NCBI GenBank assembly: GCA_964019425.1
Contig: OZ025782.1
Span: forward strand, 1,674,001-1,738,000
Direction: 5' to 3'
DNA length: 64,000 nt
DNA from: Flectonema sp. DT1601
Taxonomy: Eukaryota
Under the pieces are notes generated by a model that ran no database searches, was not told the origin of the DNA, and was given only the letters and a program-made list of their open reading frames with translations. The position numbers and the translations under genes are program-made. Below, one piece after another: positions 36,301 to 48,576 of the stretch (the stretch's first letter is position 1; every line of letters starts with the position of its first letter).

Positions 36301-37004
36301 TGGACTGATTGTGGGAAAGGAAAAAAAAAATATAAAAAAAACGAACAACAACCGACAGTGATCCAACTACTGAAGAACTAATGAATGAAATTGCATCTGT
36401 TCCTCCAGATGATAAACAAGACATTGAAAAGGTCTGGATGTATCAGGTCAGAAGACTTCATCAAATTACTGACATCTTTACTAAATTAGCTGAGACTAGA
36501 GAAAGAGATTTCAGTGGTGGAGGTCCAAAGTTGAGATTCACTGAATGGATGATTGACAAGGTCTCCAGATCAACTCAAAGACACTTAGCTGAATCAATGG
36601 GACGTATTGTTCAAGAAGAAATTCAACAAGAGATGGCTGAAGGTGATCCTGGAGTATCAGAAGAAGAGAGAGAAACAATGAAGAGTGTCCTTGAGAAATG
36701 GAGAGATGGTCATTATGATGAAATGAAACGTCAAGGAAAACTCCACAGATTTGAACACGAAGAAGAAGACAGTAGCTCAACAGCGGGTTCTATGGCAGCA
36801 GCAAGCCCGACAGCATCACACGCACGTAGAAGAGGATCTAATAACTCTCCTGCTCCATCTCCAACAGGATTTACTGGCAGATTATCACCTGGAGGTGGGT
36901 TATCACCAAAAACCCCGGGTAGAGCAATACCTAAATCGCCAAGGTCTAAATCACCCAAGGCGGGTGCTACGCCTCGCACGCCAAAATCGGGCCCTGCATT
37001 TTAA
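33324..37004 (+). CDS. Polycystin-2 (PKD2/TRPP)-like cation channel; introns 35904-35969, 36101-36170, 36273-36358
   Basis: GALKIRQKRVK, WIDSQTRGI, six-TM region with SLCRMLIGDFNY pore helix and FILLNMVIAILDEAF S6. The three introns join four exons in frame (about 1152 aa). Confidence 0.9.
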
Positions 37005-38071
37005 AACAGGTTACCTAATGAGCAGGTTCCTACTTCTCCAAAGCAGATTTCCGCATTTAACTGTCCGATGCCAATCCTGACCCAGATCCTTTTTTCGAGG
37101 ATAACTCTGGCATCCCATTCCTTTTTATGGAACGAGAAAAAAAAAAAAAAAAAAAAAAAAAGGAGCCCCCCGTTTTTATTTATATTTTCATCTGTTCTTT
37201 CAAATTCCCCGAGGAACAGTTCGGTGGTTCCCACATGTGATCTTTTATCACCTCCTCCCATACTATAGCAGTTTCCCCTTTTGGATGAAATGAGACGTCA
37301 AATATACCATTGGCGGGCTAAGCCCTACATAGTATACCCGTTTATGGCTTAGACCGTCAAGTTATTGCGATATTCATGTTCAATTCCCCGTTCCTGATTT
37401 TTTTTTTTTTAAATTTTCGGGGGCAAAACTGCAGAATCGTTCCTTCTATATGTCTTAGTTATATTCGTAGTGTTGTTTGTGGAAAAAAAAACATAAATAA
37501 AAAATGAAAAATAAAATAAAATAAAAGTAGATGCTTGTAAGAACACTTGAGGTAGGTCACATGGCTGGCTTCCGACACATATATTTATTTTGCGTTTTTT
37601 ATTTTTTATTTTTATTTTTATTTATAAATTTGTTATTTTTGGCTTTTCGAATGCTATGTACAATTTCAACCAGCTCTATAGGGTTTACCGTGTACTGTGG
37701 CGATCCTTGTAGAAATCGGCATAAAACAAAGAGCAAAGTGCGGACGGAAGTCTGCATCAAGGCACTTGACCGTATGAACACTTGTCGACCCTGTCCCCAT
37801 CTGATTTTGGCTAGTGTACCAAAGATATAACTTTTGCTTCAGTACTCAGAGCCAGTTTTCTTTATGACAATTCGGATTGATTTCGTTTGACAATTTTTTT
37901 AGTATTTAAAAAATTCTGTGATATTAAACAGGTACTATTTTTAAAAAAAAAAAAAAAAAATAATATTAACAATTATTAGCACCGGCAGCAGACTATTTTT
38001 ATTTACGTGTGTTTTCATTTTTTTTCATGTATTTCGTACTGTGTCAGAACCTACCAAACAGAAAAAAAAAA

Positions 38072-38842
38072 ATGGATGAAGAATGGACAGCAATTGAGAA
38101 GCTAAATGCTAAGACAAAAAGTGGAAAGGATAAACACGGTGAGATATACATAAAAAAAGATAGATTATTAAAGCCTTGTCAGTGTGGGAAGAGAACAAAG
38201 ATGGAAGTTGAAGCGTTCACTTTCTTAGCAAGAACTGAATTAGCGAAATTCATACCTCGTTATTGGGGAACAACCAAATACAATGGTGGAGATTACTTGG
38301 AAATGGAAAATTTATTTTATGGAATGGAGGAGCCGTATGCTAGTTGTGATATAAAAATGGGTAGAAAGACGTATTCGGATTCGGCAACAGATGAAAAAAA
38401 AGCCAAGGAAGCGAAAAAAGTCTTCCCAGGAAAATGCTCTGAACTCGGTTTTCGAGCGGTTGGACTTTCATGTCTTGACCACACAATACATCATACTGAT
38501 ATCGTTTCTAGGCAAGATTTGACGAAGAAGGAGTTTATAAATTTAATTTTAAAAAAATTATTCTCATCTTCGACCTCATTCGATGGACAGCTCTCCGACG
38601 ATATAAATTATTTTATATCAGAACTTCAAAAAATTCTTCAAATTATGAAATCTGGTTACGGAGGCATACTAAGAGCTTCATCACTTCTTCTAGCAAGGCA
38701 AATTACGTCGACGTCTTCTCGTAACATTATTAAGCTGATTGATTTTGCACATTTTACACCTACTACGGAAGTGGATACAAATTTTGTCGAAGGATTAGAA
38801 GCTTTGTTAGAATGTTTTTACGAGCTTATGGATGCAACTTGA
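38072..38842 (+). CDS. Inositol polyphosphate kinase (IPK superfamily)
   Basis: FIPRYWG, LEMENL, P...DIKMG, SSLL and KLIDFAH motifs. ATG 38072 follows AACAG plus an A run. Confidence 0.9.
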   Translation: MDEEWTAIEKLNAKTKSGKDKHGEIYIKKDRLLKPCQCGKRTKMEVEAFTFLARTELAKFIPRYWGTTKYNGGDYLEMENLFYGMEEPYASCDIKMGRKTYSDSATDEKKAKEAKKVFPGKCSELGFRAVGLSCLDHTIHHTDIVSRQDLTKKEFINLILKKLFSSSTSFDGQLSDDINYFISELQKILQIMKSGYGGILRASSLLLARQITSTSSRNIIKLIDFAHFTPTTEVDTNFVEGLEALLECFYELMDAT

Positions 38843-39039
38843 GAAAGGATTCTTCTGTTTTGTTATTATGATATGCTGCTATCTTATCTTTATACTGAGT
38901 TTCTTCTTGGAACTCTGATATTTTTATTTATTTATTTTTTATTTTAAATTTTTCGTTCATTGGGTTTAGCTTACACAAGCAAAAAAAAAAAAAAAAAAAG
39001 AAGAAATCAAAAACAATAATATTGAAAAAAAAAAAAAAA

Positions 39040-39146
39040 ACCATTCAGATAAGCCTTATATTTTGTTGATCGCAGCTAGTTTTACTGGCGAAATAGATAA
39101 CATGACATAATAAATAACGGCTCTTAATCTGAATAGTTTCTTCTCC
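39040..39146. repeat. Dispersed repeat family A, copy 1 (MITE-like, imperfect terminal inverted repeats)
   Basis: ACCATTCAGATAAGCC ... ATAACGGCTCTTAATCTGAATAGTTTCTTCTCC. Shares blocks with 41675-41763 and 49842-50002. Confidence 0.65.
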
Positions 39147-39554
39147 GACTTCGTCGGTGCAAAAAAAAAAGAAAAAAGTATCCCTTCTCATCTAACACAA
39201 TATAACTTGCTAATCAGGTAATATTATTATGTTTATTTAAATAAATATTGCTTTCTGTTGGTGTATATTTTTTTTAAAAAAAGAATACACCTTAGTCTCT
39301 AAATCGTGAATCGAACACTTCTCACAACAGTATATTATTATTTTCCCCCTCTCAGCCTATATCGAAAAAAATAAAAAAGACAACACAATTAACGCGATAA
39401 ACAATAAAATGCTGGACTTGGTCTTGGGTGAGTCCAAGACTGAGCGACAGAAGAAACAGCAATCTCAAGTATGTAATTCATCTCGTCTCTAACACCGTCT
39501 GCTCGCGTGGATGGGTTTAGGTAGTAATTTGTTTCAGATTATTCTGTCTCTTAT

Positions 39555-39646
39555 CGTCTGTGAGAGTCTCACGAGCGATATAACTGTTACCCCTGTTGAG
39601 CTTTTCCTGGCTTTTGGCTTCCTAGGCTTCGTAAATAAATAAATAA
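39555..39646 (+). repeat. Dispersed repeat family B, copy 1 (A-rich tail)
   Basis: TGAGAGTCTCACG..AACTGTTACCCCTGTTGAGCTTTTCC..TGGCTTC..AAATAAATAAA aligns with 53551-53653. Confidence 0.55.
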
Positions 39647-39696
39647 TCTTTGGCAAAAGCAAAAGTTAAGTGACCATATAATTAATAAAACAGCGT

Positions 39697-41367
39697 ATGC
39701 AGGAATTAGAGCTCAAACGCCGTTGTTGTAACTGTGAAAGCTCTGATAGTGTGATTAGCATCGAATTTGAACTTAGAGAACCTCTTGAGGGTTTATTTCA
39801 GAAACCAATGAAAGGATTTATTTGTAAAATATGCGTCGATGTGGCGAAGTCTTCCGATATTGACTTTGAAGTGGATGATGGTCTTGGTCCGCTACCCTCT
39901 GGAAGAAAGCTAAGTGGGAGTTGGGGAACTTCCAACAAAAAAGAAACAACTACACGCAAGGATGTTAATATCCTGGGGGAGTGGACATGCAGACAATGCA
40001 ATCAAAGTAACAGTGCATATGCAAAGGTTTGCGACAAGTGCAGCAAGCAACGTGACGAAGCAAGCAAAGGAGAGGAATTCCCTCTCCAATTAGGTGGTGT
40101 TGGTGATGAACTCGGTCTTTGCCTTGAAATATTAAACGGTTCAATTCGTATTGTGAATATTATTGAAAACTCTCTCGCCTTTATATCTGATATCCCTAAA
40201 GGAATCTTAACGATGATTGATAACCAAAGTGTTAATAGTAGTGGTGAGTTGAGAAGGATTGCAGACATAGCTAAAAAGAATGGGAAAAAAACAATTATGT
40301 TGAGGATAGTATCACAAACACTGAAGCCTTCTGAATTAGTATCAAAGAAGAGTAAATTGGCTACTCCTCCAGCTGTTCCTATTGCGCCGCGGACTCCTCC
40401 AACAGGTTGGACACTTCCACCAGCGCAGGCACCAGTTGAGAGTAAACCAAATCCGCAGTCTGTAAGGCCTACAACCTTTCCAAACCCAACATTTCCGAAC
40501 CCAACGTTTCCTGCACAGCCACAGCAGCAACAGCAACAGCAACCCGCCTCACAGAATCTGTTCACGCAGTCTGCTCAAACCGGCAGTAACACTTCTGGTA
40601 GCCTGTTTCCAACACCTACTCCTGCTGCCCCACCTCCCAGCAGTGGCAATAGTCTTTTCCCAACACCATCTCCGGTGGCGCAGCCAAGCAGCACTGGTGT
40701 AACTGCCAGCAATACGTTGTTTCCCGCACAGACTGCGTCTCAGCCTGCTCAGAATATGTTTGCGCAGGCTCCGCAACAGCAGCAACAGCAGCAACAACCT
40801 GCAGACCTTTTTCAACCAAACAACCCTCCTCCGAAAACAAATGGTATGTGAGACCTAATTTTGAATTGTTATTCAAATATAACATTGCAGTGTTATCCTT
40901 TGTGTTACTTTATTAGTAAAATATAAATTAAAACAGATCTTCCTGACTTCTTACAGGACGCAATGAAGTCGAAGCCACAGCAACACAGCGACCCTTTTGG
41001 ACAGCAACAGGCATTCGGACAGCAGGCTTTTCCGCAACAGCAACAGCAGCAGCAAGCCTTCGGTCAGCAACAACAAATGTTTGGTCAGCAGCAGCAACAA
41101 CCACAGCAACAGTTCCATCAGCAACAACAGCCGCAGCAAATGTTTAGTCAGCAGCAGCCGCAGCAAATGTTTGGCCAACAGCAGCCTCAACAAACAGGAT
41201 TTCCGCAACAGCAGTTTCAACCTCAGCAGCAGCAGGCGTTTCCACAGCAACAAATGCAACAAGGGTTTCCACAGCAACAAATGCAGCAGGGATTTCCACA
41301 GCAGCAGCCTTTTCAGCAGCAGCAGCAGCAGCAGCAAAAGACAGATCCGTTCGGAGGAATGTTTTAA
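39697..41367 (+). CDS. Zinc-finger (CxxC pair plus RanBP2-type) / PDZ-like protein with P/Q-rich FG/DPF tail; intron 40844-40936
   Basis: CCNC...FICKIC, WTCRQCNQSN...CDKC, LGLCL...IRIVNIIENSLA PDZ-like segment, and DPFG motifs. The 93-nt intron joins the ORFs in frame (about 525 aa). Confidence 0.8.
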
Positions 41368-41674
41368 TTAATATCAATCTGTTTACCTGATAATCAGATT
41401 TCTAAGAAACTTCTCAGCATGTCAAATAGATAAAAACGTACGGCAACTAACACGGTGACATAATAGAGCTGTGTTTTTCTTTGTTTATTTTTATTTTTAT
41501 TTTTTAGATTTAATTTCATTTTATTTTCCTTATTATTACTAATGTTGTTGTTGGGTCCGGCTGCCTTACACTAACTCTTTTTCTGTTTTGTATGTTACAT
41601 GGTGGCGCACCTTATCCCCTTATCTGTCCCTTCGTTATTTAAGCAAAGCAAAAAAAAAAAAAAAAAAAAAAAAA

Positions 41675-41763
41675 ACCATTCAGATTGCCAGTTTCGTTGA
41701 ATGCAAGACAGAATCCTGTCTCATAAGGGAGATATAACGGCTTTCAATCGGTAGTTTCTTCTC
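41675..41763. repeat. Dispersed repeat family A, copy 2
   Basis: ACCATTCAGATTGCC..TTTCGTTGAA..AGACAGAATCCTGTC..ATAACGGCTTTCAATC..TAGTTTCTTCTC. Confidence 0.65.
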
Positions 41764-42084
41764 GTTCGATTCTCCTTCAGGTTTTTTTTTTAATATAAAT
41801 TTGCGAACCTAATATAGTAGCTTTTGGCAACAGTTTTTTAATACTATTCACATTGTGATGGCTATCTAAACCACGTGTGATCCGGATGTTGTTATTTTCA
41901 ATTAAACAAAAATAGAAATGTTCAATCATTGGTAAGGTTGGAACCTCATTCTAGGTCAAAAACTCCGACTCTTGTCTAACTAAGGTTGAAGACCCCTACT
42001 TTGATTAACAATTTTCTTTTCCAGTCAAAAAAGTACTTGATAAAAGTTGTTATTCATAGTTTCAATTTCCCATATTGTTGTTAT

Positions 42085-42126
<42 letters not shown>

Positions 42127-42402
42127 AAATAAACTTTTTAATAAGAAGTATTCTTTACGAATCGAAGACGAGGATTGGTTATGCAATTTTATTATTATTA
42201 TTATTATTTTTTTTTCTTTCTTTTCTTTTTTTTTTTTTCTCCTTCTCCCTCAGGAGAGAGATAAAATCTTAAGACGAATAGAAAACAGTTTTGTGTATTT
42301 AATTTTTAAATTTTTAATCATATTTTTTTTATACACAAAAATCAGTCTTTGATCAAGAAATAATATTCTTGTGAAGGTCATAACAAAAAAAATATAAAAA
42401 AA

Positions 42403-45233
42403 ATGGATTCGTTGGGCACTTTCGTATTGCATTTATCACAACTACGTCACAACGATGCGATAGATTTCGCAAAGTATGACGCACGTTTCAGTTTTTTTTT
42501 TTTTTTTTAAATACTTTTTTCAAACATAAAAACAAACAACACAGAAAAGCCTATAAAAAACAACCTGAAATCCGTAAAGTCTTAACGATGTTAGCTTCTT
42601 TAGAACATGCTTATTTTGATGGCAAACTTCTAATACCAATCGTAAAAGGAAAGTTAAACACCAGTCTAGACATGCGTGTTAAATATGAAGAAACGATAAC
42701 AAGACTATCACAACTGTATGGAGCATTATCACCTCCTCCATTGGATGACAGCAATGGTCATGGAGATGCAAAAGTCGCTTCTGTTCTAAGGCGATACTGT
42801 TCTATAAGAAAAGAATTGATATCTGTTTATAGAGATTTCCATACGAGTGGTATTAATTTTGTGGAAAGTATTCCAAGACTTCGAACTCTTGTGACCCTGT
42901 CAACGGATTTAAAACCAGAAATAGATCGATCTGACGATTCTCACTCTTTACAATACCAACAACATCTATACACCTTAGCACATATAGAGTTACAATTTCT
43001 TCTTAATATTAACCAATGTCTTTGGGAAGGTAATCGGTTGCAATTACCTGCATCGGTTTTTCATCTTTCTGCTGCAAAGAGAAGACTTTCTTCACTTCAG
43101 GCGATGATGCCAAACACCAGACGATCAACAAAATTAACTGAACGAATAGATTCTACACAATCGAGTGTAAAATTATTATCTTTTATGGCTTCGTTGTATT
43201 CATCATCGCACGGTAAGATGTCGCTGGTGTTTTTACATACACTGACGAGTAATATAAATATGAGTTTTGGTCATGTTCCGGACACAGATTCTGAGTCAAG
43301 TTGTGCATCGCATGAGAATTGTGATATCCAGGACTGTCCTGTTGGTCCCTTCAACCAAACTGATGATGGAAGTGATTTGGTTAACGGAATTAAGCTATCC
43401 TCGACCACTAATCTCGCTCAGTTAAGTGAACATCGTGTTAGTTACAATGAATTACCTGTGCAGTTGTCAAGTAATGATTTAGCATCAAATGAGAACATCG
43501 ATCTACTTGAGCAAAGTATCGATAATCACTTTAGTGATCCTCAAGACCCTTTGAATACCATTTCGTCATTTAATCAATACCCGTTAAGGGAATCATCTGA
43601 ACAACCGATTTTGAATGATTCAGAGTACTTTACTCACATAAAACAATCGATCGATGACGCATTCTTATCTTCTATTTGGCCCATTATGCGAAGTCCAAAA
43701 AAAACTGGTCTCGCAACAACTCTTCTTCAAGGAAAACGAGGTGAAGATGAACCAGAAAAACTTCACACGTCTTCGAATGTACTGAGAGCTATTGATACTT
43801 TCTTGGATGAGTGTTATGCAAAAATTGGAACCCGACCAACAATTCACATTTTTTACAACGCGGCAGCAAGGGGATTTGAAAGTACATTAAACCTAACAGG
43901 GAGTCGAGTTATAGCAGCGAAATATCTCCCATGTGGTCACAGAGAATTATTAAACGGAGATCACCTCAGGGGGATAAAAGGAATTCCTTGTATTGCAACA
44001 TATCCAAAAAGACAGCCTAGCTGTCCCTTAGGTGTCATCGCACAAATATCGACGCTACCGTTGCGAGATGCTGGTGTTTTGTCACTGCTTCCAACCAACC
44101 ACTATATGAATTTGAAAAAAATTGAGCGTCCAAAACCGAAAGTACAGCAACAATCGCAGCAAACAAAAATCAAACGCAGAGTAGAACCTGCAGATGTTAA
44201 AAAATTACTGACTACTACAAAGTGTACTGATCTCACTGATGTGGACGATAGGAAAGATGAAAAATCTCCGAGACCAGAAATTGAAGAACCGATTGAAAAG
44301 ACTGATGAAAATAAGGAAACCAACGATCCAACACATTCAATAGAAAACGACTTACCTGAACCTGAGCCAGGTAACCACAGTATTATAAGTGGTATTGTAA
44401 GTGCTCATGAAGGTACTGATGCCATTGAAAACAACGCTGACGACGCTGTTAACACAACAATACCAATGCTTCCTTCTCAAGAAGGTGCGCATTCAGAAAT
44501 GGAAATCGAAAAAGACGAACCTTGCGATTCTTTAATGGGCGCAAAACGCTTGGCAAGTTGTAGCGACGTACACCTCCCTCACCAAAACAGCAGTATGCTA
44601 CTTTCACTTCAAGAAGATGATGGTAGTATTGCCGGTACGGCTACTGATGTATCGCCGTGTGCTCCGTTCGGTGGATTTTCAACCAATCTGGCGAGTCCAC
44701 CGGTGTCACCACGTCTTGGATCTTTTAATCACGTTCAACATATTGTTGATGGGGATTTTGTTATCGTTCACGACGAACACGAAACTAAAAGTAATCTAAC
44801 TAATGATTGTAATGAAATAGCTGAGGGTGTTGAAGAAACTGCAGACGACGATAAAATTGGTCAACCCATTCCAACTGGAGTATCAGAATTAAAGCCCTCC
44901 TTAATAGAACAGACCGTCAGAGATGATGATGATGTTGATAAGCGAGAAGCAGCGTCACCTCATTCAGTTGCTCCACCAGTCACTCCACCTCCGTCACCGC
45001 GGTTTGTCTCCGATGCATCATTTTGCTCACCTCCAGAAGTTGGTTCATATGTTGCAGCGACTCGAATAGATTTGTTATTTTACTTCGCTCTGGCCTTCGA
45101 TGTTCCTCCTCAAGAATCAGACGCCGCCTGGGTTGCCGACTGGCTTACGAAATTCGCAAACTGCACCACAACTGGCGGCATCACATCGCAGTTCTTCACA
45201 CCGCTCACCAAAGAAGTATGCAGCGTTAAGTAA
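42403..45233 (+). CDS. KICS2/C12orf66 (KICSTOR subunit)-like protein with long low-complexity insertions; intron 42474-42544
   Basis: A reconstructed exon 1 (MDSLGTFVLHLSQLRHNDAIDFAK) joins ORF 42588 in frame. Segments LASLEHAY, ELQFLL..SVFHLSAAKRRL, GKMSLVFLHTL, GIPCIATYP and YVAATRIDLLFYFALAF recall the C12orf66 family in order. Confidence 0.6.
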
Positions 45234-45681
45234 TAAGACAACAGTTAGAATAGTTATTTTTGTTATTGTAATTTACACCATCGATACAGAATGATATTAG
45301 AGCAGCAGAATCATCTACAGACTGCCGTGTGAGACAAGTTAACCCCTCTGGGAGAGTCAAGTTCGGTGCTGTTACGTATCCATAACAACTGACAGAAGTA
45401 TCTTTTTTTTTATTGTTTTCTACTGTTCTTCCTGCTTCCCAACGCTAGCATTTATTGTTGTTTTTGGTAATAATGATATTCGAATCCTAAACAACTTCTG
45501 GTAGATCCTTCTGCAAGAAGAAAAAAAAAAAAAAAACAACATCCGCACCGATCCACGGGCGATAAGGTTTTTCTGTATGACAACGAGTAATCTTAAAATC
45601 CATTATAATGTTATTGTTCTTACAGGTGCTACACAAGAAGGTGGCGTCACACAAGCATATCCCCCCGACCCCCTCAAGATA

Positions 45682-48576
45682 ATGAAAGAAAGGATATCTA
45701 GAATGAAATGTGGTGGAACGAGACAACGTGATGATGACGAGTCAGATAATCGTTTAGAGATGAGAGACGTAGCTGGTGTGACGATTCCCGAAGAGGCTTG
45801 GGGTCGGAATTTCTGGGCAGCTGAACCAACAAAGAGGAAACCTCTAAAGCCAACAGTTTGTCAATCCTTATCACTAATACCACTCGGATATCGAATGTGG
45901 AGACGAGTAAGAGATGAGAAAAGTCGGGGAGTTGGTCAATTCATGGACCCATTCTCTGATTGGCAACATGACACCTCTCACGGGGTCCCGTTGGGAGGAA
46001 TAGGTTGCGGGAGTTTTGGCCGAGGGTGGAGAGGCGATTTCCGACGATATTCAACAGGTTCCTCGACTACGGGAGTTGTTTATATTACTGAAGATACCCC
46101 GCATACGGGATTCTCCATATGTACCTCGACACCTTCTTCAAAAATACCTGATGGCAGAGTTCTGAAGGTTGCTTCCCCTTCTGACAATCCTACTTCTTCT
46201 GTTCGGTATGTTATTCGTTTTGTTTTCCTAGTACTGTTTGGAAAAAAGGGGGCGTTAAAACGATAAAAAAATAAACAGCTATCTAACTCCCAGCAATAGC
46301 TGTGAGTGTTATTCTCTTTATCCAAGGGCTTGGCAAGTATACGACTCTCCTACTGCTGCATTGGTATGTATATCAAGTCTTTGACATAATGAAAACCACA
46401 ACCACAAAACTTAAATTATCTACAGTGAAGCAGATCCCTAGCAGGTTGTGCTATGGATCAACCACTGCACTTTATTTCAGAAATATAAAAAATCACAAAT
46501 AAAAACCCAAGCAGACTGACCCGAACCCTCACAGATACCTACTCACATGCGAACAAATCTCTCCAGTTATTGCTGATAACTATGTTGACTCTTGCCTACC
46601 TGTTGGTGTGTTTGAGTGGACCATTGAAAATATGTATGTAATGTTGTTTCTCTTTAGGGTTTAACAGTCAACAGTTGCTGTACTGTACGTACTGTACTGT
46701 ATTTTAATAAAAACACAGTGGTGATGAACCAATGGACGTATCGATGATGTTTTCAGCTCACAATGGAACAACTATTGACTCTCAAAAGAGTGCAGGAGCT
46801 CATTCGGAACCACAAGCAAACACTGCGTGTGTTTATTTATCACATCCTGTTGGTTCTGATCCAGGGTCCTATTGCATTTCAGCTGAGCCTTCACAACATG
46901 ATCAGGCAGCACCTGATGCTGAACCAAGTATGGTGTCAGCATGTCGAGAATGGCCAGCAGAGTGTTTCAATGATTTGTTTACGGAATTCGTAAACAGAAA
47001 CGGAAACCTTCCACGACATCGTCTCCGTCAGTCGGGTCCTCATGTAGGCAACAGCGGTGGTATTGGTGCTGTTGCGTGTTCAGTTCAAGTCCCTCCAGGT
47101 CAGAAAAGGAGTATGGTTTTTAGTGTTGCTTGGGACTTCCCTATCGCGAGATTTGGACAATCAGAAAATACCTACCTAATGAAATACACTGAGCTGTATG
47201 GTTCTGATGGACAGGCTTCTGTACAATTATCACAAGACGCCCTTCAGCAATACAAACGTTGGAGAGCTCAAATTATAAAATGGCAATACGATAAAGTTAT
47301 AAAATTCACTTCAATTCCCACTTGGATGCGCGGGATGATTATAAACGAAAGTTATTTCCTAACTGCGGGTGGATCAGTATGGACTCTGGACGGAGGATTT
47401 TCAAAAAATAAAAGTGGTCATTGGCTTTACTTAGAAGGCATGGAATATCGAATGTTCAACACATACGATGTTCATTTCTACGCGTCCTTTGCATTGGCAA
47501 CTCTGTTTCCTTTGATTGAAAAATCACTCATAGATGATATTAAAAATGCCATAGCAGTAGTCGATAATGAGGAAATTACATATTTGCATTCTGGAGAGCG
47601 TGGGCCTCGAAAAACGACAAAGGCTGTACCCCATGATTTGGGAGGACCTACTGAATCACCGTGGACAAAACAAAATATATACTGCATTCATAACACGGCA
47701 AAGTGGAAAGACTTACCAATGAAATATGTTTTAATGGTGTTTAGAGATTACAAAGCCTTTGGAGAAGATAAAGATTTCTTAAAAGAAATGTGGGACACAG
47801 TTTATACTGTAATGGAAGTTACTCTGGCGAACTATGATCCTGACAACACCGGCATGATACGAAATAGTGCATGGCCTGATCAAACATACGATGCGTGGAC
47901 AAGTCAAGGTGTTACTGCTTACTGTGGTGGTCTGTGGTTAGCTTCTCTGAGAGTTACCGAGGAAATAGCGAGTATTTTAGGATATGAATCTGAGTCTACA
48001 AAATACAAAGGAATCCTATCAAGAGCTCAAAGTGTTTACAGTACTCTTTGGAATAACAATGGTGGTTATTATAATTATGATTCTTCGAAGAGTGCCCATC
48101 ATGATTCAGTCATGTCTGATCAATGCTGTGGTGAATGGTACGTTAAATGCTGTGGACTAAAAAGTGTACTGCCACCATCAAATGCTGCAATTGCTTTGAA
48201 AACAGTATATAAGTTAAACGTACTGAAATTTGGTTTGAAATGTGGATCAGAAAGACACAGGGGAGTCGTCAACGGCATGCGACCTAACGGCTCAATAGAC
48301 ACTACCAGCATGCAGAGTATGGAATGCTGGTCTGGAACGTCATTCTCGGTAGCATCCAACATGCTTCTTCATGGCATGAAAGACGAGGCCCTAACCACAA
48401 TGAAAGGACTGTATGATTCAATTTATTCAGACTTTGGGTTTTGGTTTAATACTCCAGAAGCGTGGCTTTATGATGGCTCATTTAGGTCGCTGGGATACAT
48501 GCGACCTCTATGCGTATGGTCTATTCCATGGGCTCTTCAATTACAGGAAGAAAACAATAGCACTTTCGATGATTGA
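45682..48576 (+). CDS. GBA2: Non-lysosomal glucosylceramidase (GH116); introns 46206-46278, 46364-46514 (or micro-exon variant), 46634-46718
   Basis: [76 protein letters not shown] and YMRPL. The exons join in frame (about 861 aa). The start codon is uncertain. Confidence 0.92.

Noticed and set aside
39145..39160. CCGAC-TTC-GTCGGTGC resembling a tracrRNA-type 3' hairpin
   Set aside because: Only a 5-bp stem, with no nuclease gene nearby. Likely coincidence at the edge of repeat family A.
40002..41377. Minus-strand polyL/polyC/polyA ORFs
   Set aside because: Antisense shadows of the CAG/CAA-rich polyQ coding sequence.
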